DNA of 64,000 nt from Bacteroidota bacterium (GCA_024642705.1 JAHEAQ010000007.1:14204-78203), one strand, 5' to 3'; positions 1-9,264 are shown, counted from the stretch's first letter. Notes: generated by a model not told the origin, from the sequence alone. Made by a program: numbers and translations.

Positions 1-220
1 CTAAATCGACAGCCATTCCACAAAAAATAAAAATATTTACAATAGGGAAAAGCAACCACAATGCATAAATTGGTTTTCTTCCAATTAATTTGCACCACTC
101 AATAAAGTTGATTCCTGGGATAAGTCCTTTGATCGGATCGACCTCAGTTTTACGAAATAAAAGATATAAACTAATGCTAAGTAAAATGTAGGAAACAATT
201 AAAAATATTAATACACTCAC
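1..220 (-). CDS. Possible 5' portion of a membrane protein gene running off the window start; putative GTG start at 218-220
   Basis: Minus-strand frame is open from about 220 to position 1 with no stop. The translation VSVLIFLIVSYILLSISLYLLFRKTEVDPIKGLIPGINFIEWCKLIGRKPIYALWLLFPIVNIFIFCGMAVDL... is strongly hydrophobic. It is not in the supplied ORF track because there is no ATG start and it is truncated. Confidence 0.3.
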   Translation of the reverse strand, partial: MSVLIFLIVSYILLSISLYLLFRKTEVDPIKGLIPGINFIEWCKLIGRKPIYALWLLFPIVNIFIFCGMAVDL

Positions 221-310
221 GATATTTTTTTTTAGATCGCAGCAAAGATAATTTAAATTCTAAAAGTGTAGCAACAGTTTATATAGTGCAAAAATTTAAT
301 TATCGACCCA

Positions 311-350
311 AGACAAAAATAAAGGGATGAAATTTCAAATTTCATCCCTT
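311..350 (-). terminator. Rho-independent terminator for the AAA+ ATPase/vWA operon
   Basis: Perfect palindrome aagggatgaaattt-caa-atttcatccctt at 322-350, followed on the minus strand by a T-run (plus-strand gacaaaaat at 311-319). It also has T-rich sequence on the plus side, so it may be bidirectional. Confidence 0.55.
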
Positions 351-396
351 TATTTAATTTATTTTTTCATCGATTGAAAGTTACTTTCTGCCGACC

Positions 397-1872
397 TTAA
401 AAGTCATCGCCGTCCAAGTCGTCGAACATTTCAGAAAGTGGATCGTTAAATTCCATGCTTTTATCAAGGTAATCTTTAGAAATAACTTCTAATTCTGCCA
501 ATCCATGTATTGCCAATTCCTTGAACATAAGTCTATCATCTTTGTCAATTTCTAAACTATCTATTAATTTATTTAGTCCAGCAACTTGATCCAAAGTAGC
601 TTCAAATTCAGCATTTGAAGCATCATTTAATATTTCTAGGCGGTTGCCTCCACCAAACCATTCTTTGATGACACCATAAGGATCTTTCTCTTCTCCTTTG
701 GTTTTCTTTTCGGGATTAGGGAAATAATCTTGAAAAATTTCTTTCACTGATTGCCCAATAAGTTGCAAGGCTACACTATGTGGTCCTTCTTGTTCTCCTT
801 CATATACCAATTCGACTTTGCCTGTAATAGATGGAATTATTCCCCAGAAATCACTTATTCTTACTTGAGTCTTAGATTCGCCATTAATAAGCATTCTCCT
901 TTCAGCTGTGCTTACAATCATTTCGTAGGCAGTTATTGAAAGTCTTGCTGAAACCCCTGATTTTTCGTCAATAAATTCACTTTCTCGGGCATTAAAAGAA
1001 ACCATTTCCAGCATTTCTTTGAGCAAATCAGGAAATATGATATTTTCTTTTTGAATTTCAGAAATCCCAGCTTCTTGAGCAGTTATTTCCATAGCAGTCT
1101 CTATTTCTTTCGGATAATGCGTAAGAATTTGACTCTCTATCCGATCTTTTAATGGCGTAATTATACTTCCTCTATTGGTGTAGTCTTCAGGATTCGCTGT
1201 AAATACAAATTGAATATCAAGAGGTAACCTTAATTTGAAGCCTCTTATTTGCAAATCACCTTCTTGTAGAATGTTAAATAAAGAAACCTGAATTCGAGCT
1301 TGCAAGTCAGGAAGTTCATTGATTACAAAAATGGATCTATGAGATCTGGGAACTAAACCAAAATGGATGACTCTTTCATCTGAATAGGGAAGTTTTAAGG
1401 CTGCTGCTTTTATAGGATCGACATCTCCAATAAGATCAGCTACACTTACATCAGGAGTCGCCAATTTTTCAACATATCTTTCATTTCTATGGAGCCATTC
1501 TATTTCTGTGCTATCGCCATGCATAGAAATTTCCAATTTCCCTTGTCTAGTGATAGGATTCAATGGGTCATCATTCAATTCATTTCCTTTAATCACTGGA
1601 ATATATTCATCCATTAGATGCACTAGAAGTCTTGCAATTTTTGTCTTGGCTTGCCCTCTTAATCCAAGTAAAAGAATATTATGTTTCGACAAAATTGCCC
1701 TTTCAATATCAGGTATCACGGTATTTTCAAAACCTTTAATGCCTTTGAAAATCTCTTTTTTTTGCTTAATTGATTCTATTAAGTTGTCTCTTAGTTCTGT
1801 TTTTAAACTCTTGGAACTGTAACCGCTCTTTTTTAATTCGCCAAGTGTTTTAATTTCATTCAATATTGTCAT
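397..1872 (-). CDS. AAA+ ATPase, MoxR/ChlI(BchI)-like (helix-2-insert clade)
   Basis: P-loop LLLGLRGQAKTKIARLL is the GxxGxAKT variant typical of MoxR/ChlI-like proteins. The Walker-B/sensor region IFVINELPDLQARIQVSLFNILQE aligns to the MoxR pattern hhhDEINRA..Q..L...LQE. There is a 4-bp stop/start overlap (ATGA) with the upstream vWA gene. Confidence 0.7.
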   Translation of the reverse strand: MTILNEIKTLGELKKSGYSSKSLKTELRDNLIESIKQKKEIFKGIKGFENTVIPDIERAILSKHNILLLGLRGQAKTKIARLLVHLMDEYIPVIKGNELNDDPLNPITRQGKLEISMHGDSTEIEWLHRNERYVEKLATPDVSVADLIGDVDPIKAAALKLPYSDERVIHFGLVPRSHRSIFVINELPDLQARIQVSLFNILQEGDLQIRGFKLRLPLDIQFVFTANPEDYTNRGSIITPLKDRIESQILTHYPKEIETAMEITAQEAGISEIQKENIIFPDLLKEMLEMVSFNARESEFIDEKSGVSARLSITAYEMIVSTAERRMLINGESKTQVRISDFWGIIPSITGKVELVYEGEQEGPHSVALQLIGQSVKEIFQDYFPNPEKKTKGEEKDPYGVIKEWFGGGNRLEILNDASNAEFEATLDQVAGLNKLIDSLEIDKDDRLMFKELAIHGLAELEVISKDYLDKSMEFNDPLSEMFDDLDGDDF

Positions 1873-2972
1873 TTCTTTCTTCGTCTTTTATTTTGTTTGT
1901 AATCCATAAATATAAATTCTCCAAGTCCCTGAAGAGAACTGTAAAATGCTTTTCCGCTATTAGCTTTTGTAAATTGGTCCACAAAGTTTACCAAATAGGG
2001 ATCTCGTGCTATCATAAATGTAGTGATAGGAATAGATAATTTTCTGCATTTCACTGCAAGTCCGAGGGTCCTATTCAGTATTGTCCTATCTAATCCCATG
2101 CTGTTTTTATAGTATTTTTTTCCTTTTTTGATGCAAGTAGGTTTCCCATCTGTAATCATCATGATTTGTTTGTTGGGATTTTTCCTTTTTCTAAGCAAAT
2201 CCATAGCCAATTGTAAACCAGCAACGGTATTCGTATGATATGGTCCAACTTGCAAATACGGTAAATCTTTAATTTCAATTTGCCAAGCATCATTTCCGAA
2301 AACAATAATATCTAAAGTATCTTTTGGATATCTTGTGGTAATCAATTCAGAAAGTGCCATAGCTACTCTTTTTGCAGGAGTGATTCTATCTTCTCCGTAC
2401 AATATCATAGAATGTGAAATATCAATCATCAAAACTGTGCTGGTTTGACTCTGGTATAAGCTTTCATGGATTTGAAGGTCTTCTTCGGTTAACATGAAGT
2501 CATCTAAACCATGATTTATTTGAGCATTTTTGATTGATTCTGACACGGCAATTCGATCCATAGGATCGCCAAAATTATACGGCCGAAGATCTGAAGTAAA
2601 TTCATCTCCTTTACCCGTAAAATTAGTATTGTGATTTCCACTTTTCGACTTTTTTAATTGATCGAAAACATCATCAAGAGCCTTTTGTCTGAGGGCTCCT
2701 TCCATTTTTTTTGTTGGAATACTGTCTCCTCCGAGTCTATTCTTTTCTGGATCAGTAATAAATCCTTTGGCAACCAAATCCTCCACGAAATCGCCTATAC
2801 CATATTCAGGAGTAGTAAGTTTGTATTGTTTATCTAATTCAGTTAACCAAGCAATAGCTTCATTGACATCTCCAGCAGTATATAATAAAAGATCTTTGAA
2901 AATTTTCAAAAGTCTTTCAAATGGATCTTCTTTGCCACTTGGTTTAGCTTCGGAAAAAATGTAACCGATCAT
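1869..2972 (-). CDS. von Willebrand factor type A (vWA) domain protein, partner of the AAA+ ATPase
   Basis: MIDAS-type motif LMIDISHSM (DxSxS), later MMITDGKPT, and a basic C-terminal tail. Gene order vWA then ATPase, with overlapping stop/start. Confidence 0.75.
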   Translation of the reverse strand: MIGYIFSEAKPSGKEDPFERLLKIFKDLLLYTAGDVNEAIAWLTELDKQYKLTTPEYGIGDFVEDLVAKGFITDPEKNRLGGDSIPTKKMEGALRQKALDDVFDQLKKSKSGNHNTNFTGKGDEFTSDLRPYNFGDPMDRIAVSESIKNAQINHGLDDFMLTEEDLQIHESLYQSQTSTVLMIDISHSMILYGEDRITPAKRVAMALSELITTRYPKDTLDIIVFGNDAWQIEIKDLPYLQVGPYHTNTVAGLQLAMDLLRKRKNPNKQIMMITDGKPTCIKKGKKYYKNSMGLDRTILNRTLGLAVKCRKLSIPITTFMIARDPYLVNFVDQFTKANSGKAFYSSLQGLGEFIFMDYKQNKRRRKK

Positions 2973-3217
2973 AATATCTTTATTTTAAAAGTATGCTTCA
3001 TTTTAAGATCATAAGTTTTATTTTTAAAAACTTCTTTTTGAATTTTAATTCACATTATTCAAAAGACAATCTTTATAGTTTTATAAGTAATAACGGAAAA
3101 TTAGAAAATAATGAGGTAGTAGTTATTATTCAATTTGATCAAATATTACTTCTCAATTCTAATTGATTGATCATATTAACATCAATATATAATATAATGT
3201 TGAGAAAAAACTAAAAC

Positions 3218-3682
3218 TTAAGTGTAGATTAGTTGCCAAGTATGATCAGAAAGCAATTGAGCGGTATTTATAAATTCATAAGGACAGCTAGCTCCCCATT
3301 CTTTTGGACTTACCATAGAAAGCACATAACTTTGATTTGTTTTTTTCTGATATAAATGATAAACTTGACCGATCAATGGTTTGAAACCACAGTCAGCTTG
3401 ATAAATTTTTTCCGAAATTTCAATCCTTTCTTTTATTAATTTGGCTTGTTTTGCTAAAAGTTCTATTTGTTCTTTAATTTGATTGAGTTGCATGTCCGTT
3501 TGCTCGTACATTGAAGAAATTGCCAATCCTTTTATTCTTCCTTTGTCCATTGGTTTAATTAGGGCACTGCCAATAGTATGGGCATATGGCAAAGACTGTG
3601 GATTTTCTGCAATTTTATCTTTATCTATTGGATTTACTTTCATATGGGATGAAACATTTGAAAAACTAATAAAGTTGACCAA
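3218..3682 (-). CDS. Hypothetical protein (conserved DUF-type, no signal peptide)
   Basis: 154-aa ORF with a coiled-coil-like middle (QLNQIKEQIELLAKQAKLIKERIEISEKI). No motif I can assign. Confidence 0.5.
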   Translation of the reverse strand: MVNFISFSNVSSHMKVNPIDKDKIAENPQSLPYAHTIGSALIKPMDKGRIKGLAISSMYEQTDMQLNQIKEQIELLAKQAKLIKERIEISEKIYQADCGFKPLIGQVYHLYQKKTNQSYVLSMVSPKEWGASCPYEFINTAQLLSDHTWQLIYT

Positions 3683-3685
3683 TTT

Positions 3686-4636
3686 TTAAAAATCTTGAAT
3701 TAATACGATTCCATTTTGTTTGATAAAGGAACGAAAATAATAGTATTTTAAGAGCTTTTGATAATGCCCAGAAATGGAAAAAGTGGTACTTAATGCGTCT
3801 GCTACGGTGCATGTATTTGCTAATATTGAAACTTTTTTATCTTTTGTACATCCAATTTTTGTGGTTGGATCAATGATGTGGCTATATTTCTTGCCATCGT
3901 AAATTATGTGCTGAAATTGACTTCCAGAAGTCGCAATTGCGCAGTTTTTTAATTTTCTGAAGGTATTTTCCCCATCGCTTGAAATCATAATATTCCATCC
4001 TTCTCTGTCAGGTGGACAATCAGCCATTCTAAGGTCACCACCTCCATCTATTAAAAAAATAACAATCCCATTTTTCTTTAAATAATCAAAAACTTTATCT
4101 ACAGCATATCCTTTGGCAATTCCACCAAAATCTAATTTTGTATTGGCATTGATTTTAATTTTATAGTAATCTTTTGCTTTTCGGATTTTGATATTCAATT
4201 TATTTTTTTGCAAAGCCTTGATTTGGCTCGTGTCTGGGAATTTGTTCTCCTTAATGGCTTTTTTCCAAACATCAATGGACTTCCCAATTCTGATATCAAA
4301 TGCACCTTTGCTTTGCTTCCTCAATTTTTCAGAAAATATGATTAATTCTGCCATTTCTTCAGATACATATTGCCATGAAGAATTTCTATTGATCGATGAT
4401 AGTTCACTTTGGGCATCGTAATTTGAAAATATTCTATCTATTTTTTTTATCTCTTCAAATGCCTTTGCTGCATGAAAAACTGCGTCGTGTTTAGTACTGT
4501 ATATCGAAATGGTAAATGCAGTACCCATATGATTCTCGGTGAACGAATAAAGATCAGATTGAGCAGAAATAAAAATTGGCATTAGAACTACTAGAAGTTC
4601 TAATGCCAAATAAAAGCATTTTCTTTTTAAAGTCAT
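3686..4636 (-). CDS. apbE: FAD:protein FMN transferase (ApbE family), secreted/lipoprotein
   Basis: GGIAKGYAVDKV motif characteristic of ApbE. The track ORF extends to 4726, but the signal-peptide-like MTLKRKCFYLALELLVVLMPIFISAQS begins at about 4636, which abuts the upstream gene stop at 4645, so I use the shorter start. Confidence 0.8.
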   Translation of the reverse strand: MTLKRKCFYLALELLVVLMPIFISAQSDLYSFTENHMGTAFTISIYSTKHDAVFHAAKAFEEIKKIDRIFSNYDAQSELSSINRNSSWQYVSEEMAELIIFSEKLRKQSKGAFDIRIGKSIDVWKKAIKENKFPDTSQIKALQKNKLNIKIRKAKDYYKIKINANTKLDFGGIAKGYAVDKVFDYLKKNGIVIFLIDGGGDLRMADCPPDREGWNIMISSDGENTFRKLKNCAIATSGSQFQHIIYDGKKYSHIIDPTTKIGCTKDKKVSILANTCTVADALSTTFSISGHYQKLLKYYYFRSFIKQNGIVLIQDF

Positions 4637-4644
4637 TTTAGAAT

Positions 4645-5979
4645 TTAGATAATCTGAGAAACGCCAGGAATTGGAATTGCATAATATCCATCTGCATTCG
4701 GCATAACTGGAGGATTTGCATCCCAAGCAAATTCTTTAGGCATTAAACTGATTTTTGAATTTAAGGCTTCATCCCAAGTTACTAGTTTTCCGCTATAAGT
4801 TGCTGCTCTCCCCAAAAGCGAAGTCATTGTACTTTTAGCACCATTTTCAGTATCTGCAAATTTAAATTCCCCTTTTGCAATAGCAGCAAACAACATATCA
4901 TGCTCTACTTGATAAGGATTAGGATCTTTCCGATCATCGTGATTCATCATTTTGTATCCAGATTTTGTCTGTATAACTCCAGGCGCTGGTGCAGAACCAT
5001 TCGTTCCTTGGAACATTTCAGTAACTCTAGAATCCGTTCCTACTTGATGTCTGCATTGACTGAACATCACAGATCCATCGGCGTATTCAAATTGTACACT
5101 GTGATGATCAAAAATTTCACCATGATCTTTTCCAGTTCTTACTTGTCGTCCACCCATGCCATATGCGTTTATTGGGTATGCTTGTTTAACCCAGTTTCCG
5201 ACATCTAAATTGTGAATATGCTGTTCTGTGATATGATCGCCGCATAACCAATTGAAATAATACCAATTTCTCATTTGGTATTCCATTTCTGTTTGACCAG
5301 GTTTTCTTTCTCTTACCCAAACGCCATCACTATTCCAATAAACTCTCGAGGAAACGATATCGCCAATTGCCCCATTCTGAAGCATGTCTACCCAATTGGT
5401 ATACTTTTCTTGATAATGTCTTTGCAGTCCTACAACCACATTCAATTTTTTCTGCTTTGCAACTTCTGCTAATTCCAAAACTTTTCTTATTCCATTTGCA
5501 TCCGTAGCAAGCGGTTTTTCCATGAACACATGTTTATTTGCATTTATGGCTGCTTCGAAATGAATCGGTCTAAATCCAGGAGGTGTTGTAAGTATGACCA
5601 CATCAACCAACGGAATTATTTTTTTATATGCATCGAAACCTGAAAACATAGTTTCTTTGGTAACTGCTAATCTTCCAGCATCCATTTCTTCCTCCGCCAA
5701 AGACTTTTTTATATTGTTATAGCATGTTTCCACATTATCTGCAAATGCATCTCCCATGGCTACTAATTTAACATTTTGCTTGGTAGAAAGTGCTTGAAAA
5801 GCTGCTCCAGTTCCTCTACCTCCACATCCGATTAGTCCAATTTTTATGGTGTCATCACCATCAATAAATGCTCTGGCTGAAATATTTAATGGATTTAGAG
5901 CCACACCACCAGCAATGATAGTTCCTGTTTTAACAAAATTTCTTCTGGATTGATTTTTAAAAAAAGATGATTTACTCAT
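4645..5979 (-). CDS. Gfo/Idh/MocA family oxidoreductase with twin-arginine (TAT) signal
   Basis: N-terminus SRRNFVKTGTIIAGGVAL (TAT motif), Rossmann KIGLIGCGGRGTGAAF, and Gfo/Idh/MocA-like core. Confidence 0.85.
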   Translation of the reverse strand: MSKSSFFKNQSRRNFVKTGTIIAGGVALNPLNISARAFIDGDDTIKIGLIGCGGRGTGAAFQALSTKQNVKLVAMGDAFADNVETCYNNIKKSLAEEEMDAGRLAVTKETMFSGFDAYKKIIPLVDVVILTTPPGFRPIHFEAAINANKHVFMEKPLATDANGIRKVLELAEVAKQKKLNVVVGLQRHYQEKYTNWVDMLQNGAIGDIVSSRVYWNSDGVWVRERKPGQTEMEYQMRNWYYFNWLCGDHITEQHIHNLDVGNWVKQAYPINAYGMGGRQVRTGKDHGEIFDHHSVQFEYADGSVMFSQCRHQVGTDSRVTEMFQGTNGSAPAPGVIQTKSGYKMMNHDDRKDPNPYQVEHDMLFAAIAKGEFKFADTENGAKSTMTSLLGRAATYSGKLVTWDEALNSKISLMPKEFAWDANPPVMPNADGYYAIPIPGVSQII

Positions 5980-6177
5980 GAATATTAATTTACAGATTTG
6001 ATAAAATTATAAAGCTTCTAATTTAGGAAATTATATCTTAAGGAGAACTATTGTGATATTTAATTTATTATTCAAAATTTACTATTATTGAAATGACGTA
6101 CTTTTAGTAGATTCAAAATATAGCGAATGTTTGATTTCTAACCTAAAATCTTCAAATAGGCACCCTATACGAATTAT

Positions 6178-7098
6178 TTAATCTTTAATAGCTTTTACAA
6201 AAAAAGTCATTATTTCTTCTTTACTTGGCTGAATAATGGGCGATACTAACCTGAAACCAACAAAAGAACCATCTGTTAACCACCATTTACTTTTTGGAAT
6301 TTGAGGATCGCGTTGTTGCCATTTTCTTTCAGATTTGAACCTTGTAAATGGAGTGACTTCATTAGCGTTATCATGAAACGATCCACCTTTCAATACCCTA
6401 TAATTTTTTGCTACTGGCTCTACCCATGGATTTGAAATTGTTTCGGAGTCGTTATTTGCTAAGAAATCATCCTCCCAAGAGTCTAATGTCCATTCTAAAA
6501 CGTTACCAAATAAGTCGGAAATGCCATTTTTACTTGTAATTTCCCCAGTTTTATGGTATTTGTTGTTGCTGTTTTCTTTAAACCAGCCCTCCATATTGCC
6601 ATCTTTATCCAAAGTAGAGTTTAGTAATGCTGCATATGTCCATTCAGCTTCTGTTGGCAATCGATAAAAAGTTCCAGTCTTTAAATATAGCCATTCACAA
6701 AACCTCAATGCTGCTTGTTGAGTACTACTTACGGCAGGAAATCCACCTTCATCTCCCATTCCCCAAGTCATATCTTCGTAGGGTGGAGTAGGACGACTAA
6801 TTGCGTCAGGCTTATAATCATTTGATAAATTGCTCACTGGCGAATCGAATTCTTTCCTTTTGAAAAGAATAAATAAGTCATAAGTTACCTCATTGGTGCC
6901 TATATAAAATGCGTCGAGCGTTACTTTTTTACCAGATTCGGTTTCGAATTCACCAGCTTCAATTAATTTCAAATCGAAATGTTGATCTGAACCAGGAATT
7001 TTTTGAGTGATTAAATTTTTATTTGATTCCTGAGCATTTGCGCTTATTAGAATGGTTAGAAAAATAAAAATTTCAGTTATTAATATATATAATTTCAT
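6178..7098 (-). CDS. Formylglycine-generating-enzyme (FGE/SUMF1) family domain protein, secreted
   Basis: Signal peptide MKLYILITEIFIFLTILISANAQE; SUMF1 hallmarks RLPTEAEWTYAA, GNVLEWTLD, YRVLKGGSF. Confidence 0.8.
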   Translation of the reverse strand: MKLYILITEIFIFLTILISANAQESNKNLITQKIPGSDQHFDLKLIEAGEFETESGKKVTLDAFYIGTNEVTYDLFILFKRKEFDSPVSNLSNDYKPDAISRPTPPYEDMTWGMGDEGGFPAVSSTQQAALRFCEWLYLKTGTFYRLPTEAEWTYAALLNSTLDKDGNMEGWFKENSNNKYHKTGEITSKNGISDLFGNVLEWTLDSWEDDFLANNDSETISNPWVEPVAKNYRVLKGGSFHDNANEVTPFTRFKSERKWQQRDPQIPKSKWWLTDGSFVGFRLVSPIIQPSKEEIMTFFVKAIKD

Positions 7099-7241
7099 CC
7101 TTACTTTAAGATTGTTAATTAAAAATTCAATGTATCGTTTTTTTATTATTTAAAAAAATATTAGACCGATATTAAATTATGAAATGGACAACTTATAGCT
7201 ATGCTTTTAATTCTAAATTGTCAATTTAAATTAGCCTGATA

Positions 7242-7281
7242 CAAAAAAAAAGTCCCGAAAATTTTTTCAATTTTCGGGACT
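7242..7281 (-). terminator. Rho-independent terminator downstream of 7329..8318
   Basis: Hairpin agtcccgaaaatt...aattttcgggact at 7251-7281 preceded on the plus strand by an A9 run, which is a T9 run following the hairpin on the minus strand. Confidence 0.6.
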
Positions 7282-7328
7282 TGATATTAACATTTTATCA
7301 ATTTATGAAAATCGATAATTTCAAAATC

Positions 7329-8318
7329 TTACTTTAATTGGACAGTTCCTTTACCGGATAAATAGCCTTTGTTATAAACTTCAATTTCATACTTTCCTTT
7401 TGGGAAAGCAGTCCCTGGAGCCCAATCCACACATGCAGTTACTTCCTTATTTTCATATTTAAGAACTCCTTTTTTAGAATATCTCACTGATTCTCCACTT
7501 TGAGTATTAGTAATTACCCCTGAACCAGCTGCTTCAATTGCCATAGTTTCACCTTGAGGATCAATTATTCTCACATAAAATATTTCTTGTCCCTTGTCAG
7601 CAACTAAATTTGATTCTGTGTCGAAGCAAACTCTCAATTTTTCAACTGCCTTAGCTGATTTTTTCACTACTTCTTTTCCACTATCTTTTTCTTTAATTCC
7701 TTGAGCAATGATTCCTTTAATTTTAATCACTGAAGCTGCATTCACTTTTGCTGAAAGTTTTTCGTTAACGTTTTCTAATTGAGTCTTTTCGCTAACAAGA
7801 ACAGCTTGTGTATTTTGCAATTCTGCAGTAGTTTCTTTTTCTAAGTTCAAATTTTCTGTAAGAATACTCTTATCCTCCTCAAGCATTACATTTTTTTCAT
7901 TTAGCATCTTATTTTCATCTTTAAGAGTCTGAATGTCAGCAACATATTGCTCTGTAAGGGTTTGCAAATTAGCCATTTCAGCTTTAGCTTCTTTTAGTTT
8001 TTTCTCTGTCCAAAGTAAGTTGCTGATTTTCTTTTTCTGTGTACCTAATTCAATTTTTTGTTGATCAATCAGCTTATTTAATTCGATGTTGTCAGTTTTC
8101 ATACCATCGAGACTTGTCATAGCTTCTTCATATTGAATTTCTAATTCTGCTTGAATTTTTTCTACTTCAACAAGTTCTGCAGCTTGTTTGGTATTATCTT
8201 GAGAAAGTTGTGAACGATCAAATGCTAGGTAACCTGAAAGACCTGCAAGGCATACGATTACTGCAATTAGCCACGCAACAGTATTGGACTTTGTTTTGGC
8301 AGTTTTAATAGTTGTCAT
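7329..8318 (-). CDS. Membrane-anchored coiled-coil protein, hypothetical
   Basis: N-terminal TM segment VAWLIAVIVCLAGLSGYLAF, a roughly 180-aa heptad/coiled-coil region and a C-terminal globular domain. Confidence 0.5.
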   Translation of the reverse strand: MTTIKTAKTKSNTVAWLIAVIVCLAGLSGYLAFDRSQLSQDNTKQAAELVEVEKIQAELEIQYEEAMTSLDGMKTDNIELNKLIDQQKIELGTQKKKISNLLWTEKKLKEAKAEMANLQTLTEQYVADIQTLKDENKMLNEKNVMLEEDKSILTENLNLEKETTAELQNTQAVLVSEKTQLENVNEKLSAKVNAASVIKIKGIIAQGIKEKDSGKEVVKKSAKAVEKLRVCFDTESNLVADKGQEIFYVRIIDPQGETMAIEAAGSGVITNTQSGESVRYSKKGVLKYENKEVTACVDWAPGTAFPKGKYEIEVYNKGYLSGKGTVQLK

Positions 8319-8324
8319 TTTTGT

Positions 8325-8358
8325 ATTGTTAAATTGTATTATTAATTGTTAAATTGTA
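8325..8358. promoter_or_regulatory. Tandem direct repeat ATTGTTAAATTGTA x2 (20-bp spacing) in a divergent intergenic region
   Basis: Identical 14-mers at 8325-8338 and 8345-8358, between the minus-strand start at 8318 and the plus-strand start at 8475. Confidence 0.3.
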
Positions 8359-8474
8359 ATATTGTTTATAACGTAAATATTATGCAAGGATATGATATTT
8401 TCTGCATATTTATTTATTTTATATGCTGATATTGAGCTGCTACGACATAAATTGTTCAATTAATTTGTAAAAAA

Positions 8475-9221
8475 ATGACATTTCACATCCAAAATGAAAA
8501 ACTAGATAATATTTTATTCCTCGATATTGAGACCGTTTCTCAACGTGCTGAATATCAGGAACTAGATGAAGAGTTTCAAAATTTGTGGGATAAAAAAGCA
8601 AAATCTTTATTAAAATATGAAAATATTGAGTTTTCAAAAAAGGCTTCAATGGATCTTTACACACAAAAAGCAGCCATTTATGCTGAATTTGCGAAAGTAA
8701 TTTGCATTTCCATCGGATATTTGAGAAAAATGAAAAAGGGTTCTGAGCTAAGAATAAAATCATTTTATGGGGATGATGAAAAGAAATTATTGTTAGAATT
8801 TTCAGAATTAATTAGCAACCATTTTGATCATCCCACCAAATTTTTCATTAGCGGCCATAATATAAGAGAATTTGATGTGCCATTTTTAGGTCGAAGATTT
8901 ATCGTGAATGATATAAAGCTTCCCGAACTATTTAATCTGATTGGGAAAAAACCATGGGAATCTAAACATTTGTTGGACACATTAGAAATGTGGCGCTTTG
9001 GAGATTATAAAAATTATACATCACTTGAATTATTGGCCAAAATATTAGGTGTAAAAAGTCCAAAATTACTGATGGATGGATCAATGGTGGGTCAAGCATA
9101 TTGGCAAGAAAAAAGATTAATGGACATCAAAGATTATTGTGAACTGGATGTGGTCACTTCGACAAATGTTTTTTTAAAATTAAATGGCAGCGAAGAAGTT
9201 AAAGACATTATTAGAAAGTAG
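8475..9221 (+). CDS. RNase H-like 3'-5' exonuclease family protein (DEDD-type, PolB-exo-like)
   Basis: N-terminal LFLDIETVS (acidic DxE exonuclease motif I) and HNIREFDVPFL (motif II-like). Size is about 250 aa. Confidence 0.6.
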   Translation: MTFHIQNEKLDNILFLDIETVSQRAEYQELDEEFQNLWDKKAKSLLKYENIEFSKKASMDLYTQKAAIYAEFAKVICISIGYLRKMKKGSELRIKSFYGDDEKKLLLEFSELISNHFDHPTKFFISGHNIREFDVPFLGRRFIVNDIKLPELFNLIGKKPWESKHLLDTLEMWRFGDYKNYTSLELLAKILGVKSPKLLMDGSMVGQAYWQEKRLMDIKDYCELDVVTSTNVFLKLNGSEEVKDIIRK

Positions 9222-9256
9222 TAGTTTGATAAGATCGATATTCCTTCATTATTTTC

Positions 9257-9264
9257 TACATTTG
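9257..9264 (+). promoter_or_regulatory. Candidate Bacteroidetes sigmaA -7 box TAcaTTTG upstream of rpe
   Basis: Exact TAnnTTTG match 14 bp upstream of the rpe ATG. The upstream TTG (9225-9228) is farther than the canonical spacing. Confidence 0.25.

Noticed and set aside
751-1822. Small plus-strand ORFs (751..939, 1508..1822) and the many 60–130-aa ORFs antisense to large genes (for example within 12843..17090, 42445..47430, 33520..36831)
   Set aside because: They are shadow ORFs embedded in confidently assigned genes on the opposite strand, with biased low-complexity composition and no independent support.
4645-5979. ApbE flavinylation motif ([ST]GA[ST]) within the adjacent Gfo/Idh/MocA oxidoreductase
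   Set aside because: The only similar string is GTGAAF in the Rossmann loop, which lacks the terminal Ser/Thr, so there is no evidence that this protein is the ApbE substrate.
6178-7098. Gliding-motility GldJ/GldK assignment for the FGE-like protein
   Set aside because: GldJ/GldK are about 450–560 aa lipoproteins usually in the gldKLMN cluster. This protein is only 306 aa and has no gld neighbours, so only the generic FGE/SUMF1-family call is supported.
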